Both the position numbers and the translations under genes were made by a program. 64,000 nucleotides of DNA from assembly GCA_047601445.1 (NCBI GenBank), contig JASGJH010000001.1, positions 4,288,001-4,352,000 on the forward strand, in the 5' to 3' direction. The notes beneath the pieces are model-generated. The model did no database searches. It had not been told where the DNA came from and saw nothing but the letters and a program-made list of their open reading frames with translations. The number at the start of each line of letters is the position of its first letter. Position 1 is the first letter of the stretch. Shown here piece after piece: positions 39,898 to 49,608 of the stretch. The DNA comes from Myxococcales bacterium (GTDB lineage Bacteria; Myxococcota_A; Polyangia; Polyangiales; DASUME01).

Positions 39898-40362
39898 ATG
39901 TCCTCCAACAGCACGTACACGATCCGAAGGCTCGTCGCTCGCGATACGGAGCTCGTGCACGGAATGCTCACCATGTTCGGCGAGGCCTTCGAAGACGTGG
40001 AGAGCTACGGAAAGGCCCGCCCGAGCGCGGCATACCTGGACCGGCTGCTGGCTGGAGAGTCGTTCATGGCGCTGGTGGCCTTGAAGGACGACGAGGTCGT
40101 GGGCGGGCTCGCCGCCTATGAGCTACGCAAGTTCGAGCAGGAGCGCAGCGAGATCTACATCTACGACCTGGCAGTCGCGGCTCCTCATCGGCGACAGGGC
40201 ATCGCCGAGACGTTGATCCGTGAGCTGGGCAAGCTCGCAAGGGATCGCGGTGCCTACGTGGTGTTCGTCCAGGCCGACCTCATCGATGCTCCTGCCATCG
40301 CGCTGTACACGAAGCTCGGCACCCGCGAGGACGTGCTCCATTTCGATTTGCGGGTGGTCTAG
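39898..40362 (+). CDS. aac(3)-I: AAC(3)-I family aminoglycoside 3-N-acetyltransferase
   Basis: FGEAFED..SY...P..AYL..LL, AAY.L.KFEQERSEIYIYDLAV...HRRQGIA, GAYVVFVQAD, D.PAIALYTKLG.REDV.HFD match AAC(3)-Ia as I recall it. Confidence 0.9.
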   Translation: MSSNSTYTIRRLVARDTELVHGMLTMFGEAFEDVESYGKARPSAAYLDRLLAGESFMALVALKDDEVVGGLAAYELRKFEQERSEIYIYDLAVAAPHRRQGIAETLIRELGKLARDRGAYVVFVQADLIDAPAIALYTKLGTREDVLHFDLRVV

Positions 40363-40379
40363 GCGACGCAGCCGCTCCC

Positions 40380-40865
40380 TCAGCTCGGAGGCCGCGGCGT
40401 CCAACGATATTGCACGAAGGAAGTGGCCTCGGCGACGCGGTCGTAGAGGGCTCTCGCAGTCGCGTTTTCAGCCTGCGTGACCCAGTACACACGGGCTGCT
40501 CCCTGGCTCGAGGCCGCGCGGTACACGGCCTCCACCAAGGCGTACCCGGCCCCCCTACCCCGGGCCGCGGGGTCCACGAAGAGGTCCTCCAGGTAGCAAT
40601 AGCCACCTGTTGCCCAGGTCGAGAGGTGGAAGTGGTAGATAGCAAAGCCCAACACTTGTTCGTCCGGGCCCACGGCAGCCAATCCATGGGGCTGATCGTT
40701 CGGGTCGAGCAAGCGGCGCCAGGTGTGCTCGGTGACTTCGTCAGGCAGTGTGCAGCCGTAGAACTCCAGGTAGCCGTTCCACAACTCCCGCCAACGAGGC
40801 GCATCGGCGGCGGACAAGAGGCGTACACTGATCGACTGCATGCGTACGGTGTCGTCAAGGGCCAT
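40380..40865 (-). CDS. GNAT N-acetyltransferase
   Basis: W..LWNGY..FY, YCYLEDLFVDPAARGRG.G, VYWVT...N.TARALYD. Confidence 0.9.
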   Translation of the reverse strand: MALDDTVRMQSISVRLLSAADAPRWRELWNGYLEFYGCTLPDEVTEHTWRRLLDPNDQPHGLAAVGPDEQVLGFAIYHFHLSTWATGGYCYLEDLFVDPAARGRGAGYALVEAVYRAASSQGAARVYWVTQAENATARALYDRVAEATSFVQYRWTPRPPS

Positions 40866-41068
40866 GGTGCCGAAAGCAAAGCGCGATGTGCCCAATGTGC
40901 AAGCCGGGTCCTGGCCTGAGCACACGCAGTCTCACCTGTGTCTACCCGTCCGACCTTCCGCTGGGGCTTCCCAGGCCGGTATGATCCCGCTCCCAAGGGA
41001 GGTCGCCGTACTGGTCCGTGCTCCGCGCACCGGAGCGCTTCGAGTCCGCTGCGATCGAAGGAGACGCG

Positions 41069-41821
41069 ATGACACTGTCACGACGACTGACGGCAGAGGC
41101 ATTTGGAACGTTCTGGTTGGTGTTCGGAGGCTGCGGTAGCGCGGTCCTGGCAGCTGGTTTTCCCAAGGTGGGCATCGGCTTGCTGGGGGTCTCGCTGGCC
41201 TTCGGTCTGACCGTGCTCACGATGGCCTACGCCATCGGGCACGTCTCGGGTTGTCACCTCAATCCAGCCGTATCGGTCGGGCTCGCGCTGGGCAAGCGCT
41301 TCCCGATGGCCGAGGTACCTGCCTATGTGGCGGCCCAGGTCGTGGGCGCCATCGCCGCAAGCGGGGTGCTGTACGTGATCGCCAGTGGCGCCGACGGCTT
41401 CAGCCTGGCGGGCGGGTTCGCTTCCAATGGCTACGGTGAGCACTCCCCCGGCGGCTACTCGCTGATGGCTGCACTGGTCGCAGAGGTGGTTCTCACCTTC
41501 TTTTTTCTGATGGTAATCCTTGGGTCCACCGATGCGCGGGCACCCGCGGGCTTCGCCCCGCTGCCGATCGGCCTGGGGCTGACCTTGATCCACTTGATCG
41601 GCATCCCCGTCACGAACCTCTCCGTGAACCCTGCGCGCAGCACCGGCCCAGCCCTATTCGTGGGCGACTGGGCTCTCTCGCAGCTGTGGCTCTTCTGGGT
41701 CGCACCGATCGTCGGCGCTGCGCTCGCTGCGCTGGTCTACCGGTCACTGTTCGAGGCACAGGCCCAAGCGCCTCGAGATGTCCGCGATGCCGAGAGCGGG
41801 TCGACGTCACGCGCGGCCTGA
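41069..41821 (+). CDS. aqpZ: Aquaporin Z
   Basis: [37 protein letters not shown]. Confidence 0.96.
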   Translation: MTLSRRLTAEAFGTFWLVFGGCGSAVLAAGFPKVGIGLLGVSLAFGLTVLTMAYAIGHVSGCHLNPAVSVGLALGKRFPMAEVPAYVAAQVVGAIAASGVLYVIASGADGFSLAGGFASNGYGEHSPGGYSLMAALVAEVVLTFFFLMVILGSTDARAPAGFAPLPIGLGLTLIHLIGIPVTNLSVNPARSTGPALFVGDWALSQLWLFWVAPIVGAALAALVYRSLFEAQAQAPRDVRDAESGSTSRAA

Positions 41822-41909
41822 GGCCCGGTCGCCTGCCGTGCTCTCGAGTGACGCAACTCCGCAGCGGATCGCCGCCACGGGGAGCGCCACTCGGAGCGGC
41901 TTGGCCAGT

Positions 41910-42422
41910 TCACGGCGTGCGCAGGGGATAACCCATCGCGTTGTATGCCACGCCATCCACGGTCACCGCTCGCACCGACGCGTCGAGCTCGTTGGCGCGA
42001 ACATAACCGATGGCTCCGCGCAACTTGGACACGGCCGCGCGCACGACCACGCTGGAGGGCGCGATGCGCGGCGGGAGTCCCTGGCCGCGGATGCGGCGAT
42101 CGATCCAGTAGCGACCGGCATCGTCGCCCATGAAGCCGAGCAGGGTCGCGTCGAAGGAGCGCCGCATGGGATGGTCCGCGGCGTAGTTGAGCGGGACGAA
42201 GCGCGTGCCGTCGTACTCGGTGACCTCACCGAGGAAGATGCGCTTCAAGAGCGCCCTGGGGAGGTCGCGAATGCCCGACTGGGCCGACACGATCACCACC
42301 AAGGGGACAGGACTACCCACGTTCGGCTGAGCCGAAGCGAGCGTGTGCGGGCCTTCGACCAGAACGGTAGCCAGCACGAGTCCCAGCATCATGAGTTTCA
42401 GGAAGTGGAAGAAGGTACGCAT
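41910..42422 (-). CDS. Small periplasmic PBP-like (PstS/PBP2-type) binding protein
   Basis: Signal peptide; LVVIV, LKRIFLGE, YW...I.G.G.PP, V..AV....GAIGYV; TGATG overlap with porin stop. Confidence 0.75.
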   Translation of the reverse strand: MRTFFHFLKLMMLGLVLATVLVEGPHTLASAQPNVGSPVPLVVIVSAQSGIRDLPRALLKRIFLGEVTEYDGTRFVPLNYAADHPMRRSFDATLLGFMGDDAGRYWIDRRIRGQGLPPRIAPSSVVVRAAVSKLRGAIGYVRANELDASVRAVTVDGVAYNAMGYPLRTP

Positions 42423-43903
42423 CAGAATGCCCACGCTACCTGGCCGGCGATGAGGGTCACTTGGGGATCGGTCTTGCCCACGTCGGGCAGATTGACCCAG
42501 ATAACCTGACCCTTGAGGACCAAGCTCGGGACCGGTCGGATGTTGAGTCCGGCCGCGTACGCCAGTGTGTTTCCGGGCTTGCCCACGCCGAATTGGTTCG
42601 GGGTCGCGCCCGTGACGTTCTCAATCTGCTCCAGCATGACGAAGGGCATGAGGGAGAGCCACGGCAGACGGTAACCCGCCAAGGCGTACCAACCCCAGCT
42701 CAGATTGTCGGCCACCTGGCCCCTCGTGACGCCGGATGGATCGGTGTAGACCTTGCGGCCGGGTTCGAGATACTTCACCTGGCGCGCAACCGCCTCGCTC
42801 TGGAAGTGAAAGCCCTTCACGTCCCACTGCACGTCCGCCGCCAACGCGAGTTCGTCGTATTGGTCGTTCGATTTCGTCAGGAGCTTGACCGCCCCCGAGC
42901 TCAGGTCGACCGCCGTGTATGGCTGCATGGTTGCGCGGCCACCGTAGGCGGAGACACCGAGCTTGAGCGAACCCACCGCGTCCGTGGCCAAGAAGAGGCG
43001 ACCGCCCAGGGCTTTGTTCTTGTCGTAGTCTGCGTTCAGGATGTCGCTGCGACCGTTGGAGACCGTGAAGTGGTAGCCGAGCGTGGTCTCGCCCACCAGC
43101 TTGGAGCCGAACACCTCGAGTCCAGTCTGACGCTGAGGAAACAGACCTTCGCCGACGATATAGGGCTTGGTAGTGGGGATGATGGTAGGGCTGCCGTGAT
43201 CCACGTTCCAGATGCCGTAGGGCGTGAGAAACTGGCCCAGGCGCAGGTTGAGCCAGCTCCGGTAGGCATAGTCCACGTGGACGCGTTGCATGATGATGCC
43301 GCCCCACTGCTCCGTGCGCTGGAGGTTGGCGCCATCGGCGGCGTCGGTGGACGTGTAGCCGCCCCCCGCAGCGCTGGTCCCATTGGGCATGTACGAGAAG
43401 CGAACTTCCACCAAGCTCGAGAATCCGCGGGTGAGGTTGGCGGCCATGTACAGGTTGACGTTCCCCACCGAGAACGCCGCATTGCTCGGCGGACTGACCA
43501 TGTCGTGAAAATAGGTACGGGAGAGTCCGGCGTCGGCGAAGCCGTAGAACGTGAGCCCAGGGCCATCCGCCTCGACTGCCTTTTGCTCGTCGACCAGCAA
43601 CGCTTCTAGCGCCGCCGCGTCCTCACTCGTCGTCTCATTCGCGGCGGCGGCAGGCGCAGGTGACGCGACCGTCTCCGTCGAACTTGGAGGCGCGACGGCG
43701 TCCTGAGCGTCTGCGCTCGGGGCGTCGGGCACCGAGGTGGCCGGCGCTTCCGGTGCTGCGCCGATAGCGGCTTGAACGTCAGGCCCATTGGGAGAAGCGG
43801 GCTCGACGCCACCTGCGTCCTGGGCGAACGCATGGCCCGAAGCCAGCGCCCACGCAAACACCAACGTGGCCTGAGCCACTTGAGAAATGGGATTCTTTTT
43901 CAT
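42422..43903 (-). CDS. Outer-membrane porin-like beta-barrel
   Basis: Signal peptide (AFA-Q); Pro/Ala linker; FYGFAD, LRLGQFLTPYGIWNVDH, NKALGGR; ends AWAF. Confidence 0.8.
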   Translation of the reverse strand: MKKNPISQVAQATLVFAWALASGHAFAQDAGGVEPASPNGPDVQAAIGAAPEAPATSVPDAPSADAQDAVAPPSSTETVASPAPAAAANETTSEDAAALEALLVDEQKAVEADGPGLTFYGFADAGLSRTYFHDMVSPPSNAAFSVGNVNLYMAANLTRGFSSLVEVRFSYMPNGTSAAGGGYTSTDAADGANLQRTEQWGGIIMQRVHVDYAYRSWLNLRLGQFLTPYGIWNVDHGSPTIIPTTKPYIVGEGLFPQRQTGLEVFGSKLVGETTLGYHFTVSNGRSDILNADYDKNKALGGRLFLATDAVGSLKLGVSAYGGRATMQPYTAVDLSSGAVKLLTKSNDQYDELALAADVQWDVKGFHFQSEAVARQVKYLEPGRKVYTDPSGVTRGQVADNLSWGWYALAGYRLPWLSLMPFVMLEQIENVTGATPNQFGVGKPGNTLAYAAGLNIRPVPSLVLKGQVIWVNLPDVGKTDPQVTLIAGQVAWAF

Positions 43904-44325
43904 GATGCTTGATCCGCGTCGTGTGTGCAGGCCATGGGCAGGCCCGGCACGAACATGGAGAGGTCCGTGCACGTCCAGCCCGGATCGCAGCTGTCTGCGG
44001 TGCAGTCAGGCACGATGCAGTAGCCGTCTTTGACGTTGCAGAAGCTCGCGTCGAAGCCGGCGCAGTCAGCGTTGCTGCTGCACGGTTCCAGCTGCCCCGT
44101 GTAGCCGTGCTCGGCGCTCGCACTGGCGTCGCTGCCAGCGTCGCTGACCGGTGCCTTGGGCTCGGCCTTGCAAGCGTTGCCATTGAGCACGAAGCCAGAC
44201 TCACACACACAGAGGTCGTCCTTGAACACCTCGTGAGGTCCGCAACGGTTATTCGTATCGTAGAGGCACGCCGAGGCGCACCCCAACCAAGCGACCGCCA
44301 ACGCGGATCGCAACCAACTGCTCAT
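43900..44325 (-). CDS. Small Cys-rich lipoprotein
   Basis: ASAC lipobox-like; EGF-like CVCESGF..NGNAC; CSSNADC...GYC..PDC....C..GWTC. Confidence 0.75.
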   Translation of the reverse strand: MSSWLRSALAVAWLGCASACLYDTNNRCGPHEVFKDDLCVCESGFVLNGNACKAEPKAPVSDAGSDASASAEHGYTGQLEPCSSNADCAGFDASFCNVKDGYCIVPDCTADSCDPGWTCTDLSMFVPGLPMACTHDADQAS

Positions 44326-44388
44326 ACTGTCCCCTTCAAAACAAAAAACTCAGACTCGTCTCGTCATCCCGCCTGAAGAACCCCCTCG

Positions 44389-47049
44389 TCAGGCCGAAGC
44401 TTGTCTCTTTCTGCGGAGCTCCTGCTCCAACACGCGCGCCGTCCCGGCGAACAGCCCGTTCACCCGACGGGCGAGCTCCGCGGCCTGACTCACGTCGCCG
44501 CTCTCGCTGTCGTGCTGAATGCGTTCGCACAGCGCAGCCATCGCAACTGCACCCACGCTCGCGCAGCCGCCCTTGAGCTTGTGGGCCAGCGGTCGAATCT
44601 TCTCCGGATCGGACGTCTCCACCACCTCGAGCAAGGCTTTCAGCTGCCCCGGAACGAGCTTGAGAAACAGCTCGATCACGCGCTCGGAGCGCGGCACCTC
44701 GGAGCTGACGAGCTCCTCGGCCACATCGTTGGCGGGCTCGGTCGCGGCCAGCGCGACCTCCAGCTCTCGTCGAAGCCCGGAGTCCACCAGCGATCCCTCG
44801 TCCCGACCAGGCCCCGTGAGCAGCCAGCGCGCGAGCGTCTGTTCGAGCGAACGCACCGGGATCGGTTTGGTGAGATAGTCGTCCATGCCGGCCGCGAGCA
44901 CCTTCTCTCGCTCTCCCGAGAGGGCGTGTGCCGTGAGCGCGATGATCGGAATGCGTGGCCTTTCGTTGTCGGCCTCCCAGGCCCGAATGGCGGAAGCGGC
45001 CGCGTAGCCGTCCATCACGGGCATCTGGCAGTCCATCAGCACGGCGGCATAGTGCTGCGTCTGCACGGCCTGGAAGGCCTCGAGCCCATTGCCCACCACG
45101 TCGACCTCCAAGCCGAGCTCGCTCAGGAGCTCCTCGGCGACCGCCTGGTTGATCTCGTTGTCGTCCACGGCCAGCACGCGTCCGTGCAAGCGGCTGCGGC
45201 GCTTGGCGCCCGGCTTCGAATCCTTGAGCTTGTCGCCCTGCGGCGCGTGGAACGCATCCATCAAGCAGTCGAAGAGATCCGACTCTCGGAGGGGCTTGGT
45301 GACCGTTGGCAGCCGCCGCAGCGCGTCGGGTCGGCTCGAGTCGCTCTCGTTCGTCATCAACACAAGAGGCATGCCCACGTGGCTCGACACCACGGCGCTC
45401 GCCAGCTCGAGGCCACCCTGCTCTGGCAGCTCGGCGTCCAGCAGCACCGCATCGAAGGGCGTGCCCTCCATCAGCGCACGCTCGATGCTGATCATGGCTT
45501 CGGCCGCGCTGTCCACGCTGACACAGCGCATGCCCCAGTACACCAGCTGCTCCTCGAGCAAGCCTCGTATGCTCGAGCTATCGTCCACGATCAGGACGCG
45601 CTTGCCAGCCTGCGCATTGGGGGCTGGACGCTCCGTCCCGGAGGCGGCCGTTGCGCGCAGGCTGTAGATGAACGTGCTGCCTTCGCCCAAAGTGCTCTCG
45701 ACCGTGACGGTGCCGCCCATGAGCTCGGCCAGCTTCTTGGAGATGGCGAGCCCGAGACCGGTGCCGCCGTAGCGGCGCGTGCTCGATCCATCGACCTGGG
45801 AGAAGGAGCTGAACAGTTTGGCCACGTTATCCCGGCTGATGCCCGGTCCCGTATCGCGCACCGAGCAGCGCAGACTCAGTTCGGTGCCCACGCGCTCCGC
45901 CACCCCGATCGTGAGCACGACCTCTCCCCGCTCGGTGAACTTCAGCGCGTTGCCGATCAAATTGGTGAGCACCTGTTTGAAGCGGTCCGGGTCTGCCCGG
46001 ACGAGCCGAGGCACCTCGGGTGCGACGCGGTAGGCCAGGTCGAGCTGCTTGTCCCGGGCGCGCGGCGCGAGCAGCTCGATCATCTCCTGGACCTGCGTGC
46101 GCAAATCGAACTCGCTCGGCGATAGCTCGTATTTGCCCGCCTCGATCTTGGAGAAATCGAGGATGTCGTTGATGATCGTCAGCAGACTTCGGGCGGAAGC
46201 GCGCACGATCTCGGCGAACCTCGCCTGACGCTCGTCCAGGTTCGTGCGCAGCAGCATGTCGGTCATGGCCAGGACACCATTCATGGGCGTCCGGATTTCG
46301 TGGCTCATGTTCGCCAAGAATTCGCTCTTCAGGCGGGTCGCCTCCAGGGCCTGGGCGGTCGTCTCGGTCAGTCGCTTGAACGCCCCGCTCACGATCTCGA
46401 GCAGCGGGCTCACGTACAAGTTGACGAAGGCCAGCGCGAGGGCGAGGGCGACCAGACAACCGACGCCTCCGGCCAACAGCACGTTCGCGCGCAGGCGGTC
46501 TCCGGCGCGCAGGCGCTCGGACGAGACGACGAGCGCCACGCGACCGACCAACACGCCCTCGATGGTCACGTCGCCATGGGAGTACAGCGCATCTTCGGTG
46601 CGTGCGAGCTTCCCCGGCTTGCCTCCGAAGAGCTCCGCGCGACCGATGTCCGTGGCGCCTGCCTTGTAGAGGACCTTGCCGTCGGCCCGCACCACCGTGA
46701 TGGCAAGCACGTCGGGATCATCGGAATAGTGCGCAATCTGACCGGCCAGCGCAGTCGGGTCCTCGGTCAACACCCCATCTTCCACGTCCCGGCCGAGGGC
46801 GAGCGCGCCGCGCGATGCCTTCCACTCCAAATCACGGCGTAGGGTCGGCGTGAGCGAGTCGAAGATCTGCGAGACGATCAAGAAGATCATGCCCGAGAGC
46901 GCGACCAGGACGCCCAGCGAGAAGAGCAAGAACCCCGCCTTGATGCGCTTGCCTAGCAGGGCGGTCTCTTCCGCCTCGCGCCTGAGTGGATCATTCTTAC
47001 CGAGCAGCGTGGCGTCCGAAGTAGGAGTAGAGGTCCTCGTGTCAGTCAC
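44389..47049 (-). CDS. Membrane hybrid histidine kinase (TM-periplasmic-TM, HisKA, HATPase, REC, REC, Hpt)
   Basis: FLANMSHEIRTPMNG, NALKFT, DTGPGI, GGTGLGL, two REC domains (LLD; LMDCQMP), Hpt AHKLKGG. Confidence 0.95.
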   Translation of the reverse strand: MTDTRTSTPTSDATLLGKNDPLRREAEETALLGKRIKAGFLLFSLGVLVALSGMIFLIVSQIFDSLTPTLRRDLEWKASRGALALGRDVEDGVLTEDPTALAGQIAHYSDDPDVLAITVVRADGKVLYKAGATDIGRAELFGGKPGKLARTEDALYSHGDVTIEGVLVGRVALVVSSERLRAGDRLRANVLLAGGVGCLVALALALAFVNLYVSPLLEIVSGAFKRLTETTAQALEATRLKSEFLANMSHEIRTPMNGVLAMTDMLLRTNLDERQARFAEIVRASARSLLTIINDILDFSKIEAGKYELSPSEFDLRTQVQEMIELLAPRARDKQLDLAYRVAPEVPRLVRADPDRFKQVLTNLIGNALKFTERGEVVLTIGVAERVGTELSLRCSVRDTGPGISRDNVAKLFSSFSQVDGSSTRRYGGTGLGLAISKKLAELMGGTVTVESTLGEGSTFIYSLRATAASGTERPAPNAQAGKRVLIVDDSSSIRGLLEEQLVYWGMRCVSVDSAAEAMISIERALMEGTPFDAVLLDAELPEQGGLELASAVVSSHVGMPLVLMTNESDSSRPDALRRLPTVTKPLRESDLFDCLMDAFHAPQGDKLKDSKPGAKRRSRLHGRVLAVDDNEINQAVAEELLSELGLEVDVVGNGLEAFQAVQTQHYAAVLMDCQMPVMDGYAAASAIRAWEADNERPRIPIIALTAHALSGEREKVLAAGMDDYLTKPIPVRSLEQTLARWLLTGPGRDEGSLVDSGLRRELEVALAATEPANDVAEELVSSEVPRSERVIELFLKLVPGQLKALLEVVETSDPEKIRPLAHKLKGGCASVGAVAMAALCERIQHDSESGDVSQAAELARRVNGLFAGTARVLEQELRRKRQASA

Positions 47050-47837
47050 TTACTCAGATCCTCCAGGGCGCGCTCAAGCCTCGTAACGTGCATGGCGGCA
47101 ATCGTGGTCAGGTTGGACGCCGTATTCGCGTCGTCCAGATCAGTGAACAGTCCCAAGGCTCCGCGCATGGCTTGCCGCGCTTCGAATGACAGCCGACCTG
47201 CTTCTGCGCTGCGCTCCACGAGCTCAACCAGCTTACCCACCGCCTTGAAGAGCTGTGAGACGCCGGCGCGCTTGAGTTGATCTCGCAACGTCCGGACCGC
47301 GCGCAGAAGTGGCTCCCAATCGAGCGCCTTTCCGGCTTTGCTGTCTGCGATGGCACTCAGTCCAGCACCTGCCGCGGCGGTGATGGCTCGTTTTTCGTCC
47401 GCGTTCAGGTCTCCCGTACGTCGATTCGCGGAAGCTGGCGTCTTCTCCTTGGAGAGCCCGCGCTGAAGGGCCAGAGGCAAGGTCTTGCGCATCGAGTCCT
47501 TGGTCACGGTGAATACGCCGGGCATGTTCGCCGCCACGCTCTCGAGCGTTTCGGTGGAGGAGCCTGAGATCAGGACCGTTGGCAAGTCACAGATCCTGTC
47601 CCAGCTGCGCAGCAATGAAATGAAGCGATCTCCGCGCATGACCGGCATGTTCAGGTCCACGACCACCGCGTCGATCCCTTCGCTCATGATCACGCGCGTG
47701 GCGCCAATAGGAGACGACAGACAAATCACCTCGTAGCCGGCGTCCGCCAGCACACTACGGATGGTCTCCAGCGCGATCTCATCGTCATCGATCACCAGGA
47801 CGCGCCTAGCCTGGTTGCCAATCCCCCGATTTGACAT
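47046..47837 (-). CDS. Response regulator with degenerate Hpt-like C-terminal domain
   Basis: VIDDD, VVDLNMP, LISG, VTK; C-terminal RAVRTLRD; GTGA overlap with kinase start. Confidence 0.85.
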   Translation of the reverse strand: MSNRGIGNQARRVLVIDDDEIALETIRSVLADAGYEVICLSSPIGATRVIMSEGIDAVVVDLNMPVMRGDRFISLLRSWDRICDLPTVLISGSSTETLESVAANMPGVFTVTKDSMRKTLPLALQRGLSKEKTPASANRRTGDLNADEKRAITAAAGAGLSAIADSKAGKALDWEPLLRAVRTLRDQLKRAGVSQLFKAVGKLVELVERSAEAGRLSFEARQAMRGALGLFTDLDDANTASNLTTIAAMHVTRLERALEDLSK

Positions 47838-48289
47838 CCGTGAAAATGCTACCGAGAGACATTGCGCTTTTGAACAACCGATCTGCGCACGACGCGAGAA
47901 AAGCAGCGCTTGTGTGGCGCGGCTTGCGCGTCGCAGCCGGGGGACTTCGAGAGAGCGCCGCTCGCACGAGACTGTGTCCGCGCGATGTGCAGGCAACCTG
48001 ACGAAACGTGTCGCGGTCGCCTGAGTCCGTCTGCACGTCGCCGTAGACATGTTCAGAGTCAGACCGTCAGACCGGAGACACAAAAGCTCGGCCGACCGGC
48101 CGACACTCTGTTACCTGGATTCGCTGCGCCGCGCTGCCCCCGATTCGCCGCGCGCCCCGTACCGTCTATCCCGTCGCTCTCAACCCTCTGCCCCTCGCCC
48201 CCGCCAGCTGGCGTAGCGTCATCCCCCAGCGACATCACGTCGATGTTGTCCGCGCGCCCCTGTCGAGGCACCTGGTGGTACCCTGCGGC

Positions 48290-48889
48290 ATGCGGTGGTG
48301 GCTTGGAGCATAGCTGGGGTGGTTGGGACTGGGTGGGCTCCCGACGGATCGCGCGCACGCCGCCGAGCCGATCCGTCTGCCGGTTCTCATCCACGTCGCA
48401 CAGGAGCAGCAGATCGACGTGGCCGAGCGCATCTTCTGGGAGCGACAGCTGGCGCGCGCCAACGAGATCTTTGCGCCCTACGAGGTCGCTTTCGAGCTGC
48501 AAAAGGTGGTGCCTGCTCGGGGCAAGCCGCGCATGGACGATCGGGCGGACCGCGATGCCCTGGCAGCGCAGCTCGAGGCTGGGGTAGTCAATGTCTTCGT
48601 GGTCGCCGCGCTGACGGACGTGGATGAGCCGCCGCGCCCGCGACGCGGCGTCCACTGGCACGCCGGGAGTCCTGCGGGAGCTCACTACGTGATCCTCTCG
48701 GTAATCGCAGAGCCTGAGGTGCTGGCCCACGAGCTTGGGCACTACCTGGGAAACCCGCGGCATAGTGAGGTGCCAGGGAACCTGATGAGCTATCAGCGCG
48801 GCGAAGGGCTGCCAGTACTCGATGAGGCGCAGCAACGGCGCGTGAGGACTACGGCGCGGGCGTATCGGCGCTGGCCAGAGAGGATGTAG
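48290..48889 (+). CDS. Matrixin/metzincin-like metalloprotease with in-frame TAG in its signal peptide
   Basis: HELGHYLGNPRHS + NLM Met-turn; upstream in frame: MRWWLGA*(TAG 48311)LGWLGLGG...AHA-AE. Confidence 0.7.
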
Positions 48890-49133
48890 CGGTGGCCTCG
48901 TCGGCGGCAACCCCGGGTTGTCCCGCATCGCCGTCGAGCACGAACGGAGCAGACACAGTGGCCATCCTTGCGAATGCACCGGCGCCATTTTGCGTGGAAT
49001 CCCCCTGAACCTGCTCATGCTATGAGGTGTCATGCCCGGTTGGTATGACTGCTCCGTGCTGGCCCCAGAGCGAACCGCGGAGTCGACGAGCCGAAAGCTA
49101 GAAGCGAAGCTCCTCAGCGAAACACGGTCCCCA

Positions 49134-49586
49134 ATGTCCCGCATTGATCGAGTCCTGACGACGGTCGCGCTGGCCGCACTCTGCATGGTCGGTTGCTCGC
49201 ACGACTTCAAGACGACACCGATACCGCTGCCGAAGAGCCGCCTACAGGCACTGGCGGACCACGTCAAGACGTGTACGCAGACCACCGAGGCGGGTTCCCA
49301 GGGGCCGATCCGCGAGCTGATCTTTGGGGTCACCATCGCGGACGGCGGCGCTCCGCGTGACGTGGCTATCCTCGAGATCCAGCCGCGTAACCTGGAGCTC
49401 GAATCATGTGTGCTGAGGGTTCTGCTCGCGGAGCACTTCGACTGGTGGTCAGGGGGATACTGCGTGGTGGGTCAGCTGCGGGGCGACGATCCGAAACAGC
49501 AGGTGATCACGGCGCCCGTTGTGAGTCCGATGGGGACCGCCTGGTGTGAGAGGCCATACGCCTACCCCGTGGTTCCGGAGCGCTAG
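49134..49586 (+). CDS. Small lipoprotein, TonB-C/AgmX-like fold possible
   Basis: Lipobox MVGC; C...GVTIADGG..RDV...LESCV.RVL. Confidence 0.55.
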   Translation: MSRIDRVLTTVALAALCMVGCSHDFKTTPIPLPKSRLQALADHVKTCTQTTEAGSQGPIRELIFGVTIADGGAPRDVAILEIQPRNLELESCVLRVLLAEHFDWWSGGYCVVGQLRGDDPKQQVITAPVVSPMGTAWCERPYAYPVVPER

Positions 49587-49608
49587 GAGACACAGGAGCT
49601 AGCGTCAC

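Noticed and set aside
39898..40865. Integron cassette array around aac(3)-I and the GNAT gene
   Set aside because: Genes are convergent, 17 bp apart; no attC (RYYYAAC...GTTRRRY) or intI seen
41844..41893. Imperfect hairpin between aqpZ and the PBP gene
   Set aside because: Mismatched GC-rich stem with no second copy seen; at most a terminator, not a REP or ncRNA
48311..48313. Pyrrolysine or stop-codon reassignment at the in-frame TAG
   Set aside because: TAG terminates many other genes here; no pyl genes in the window
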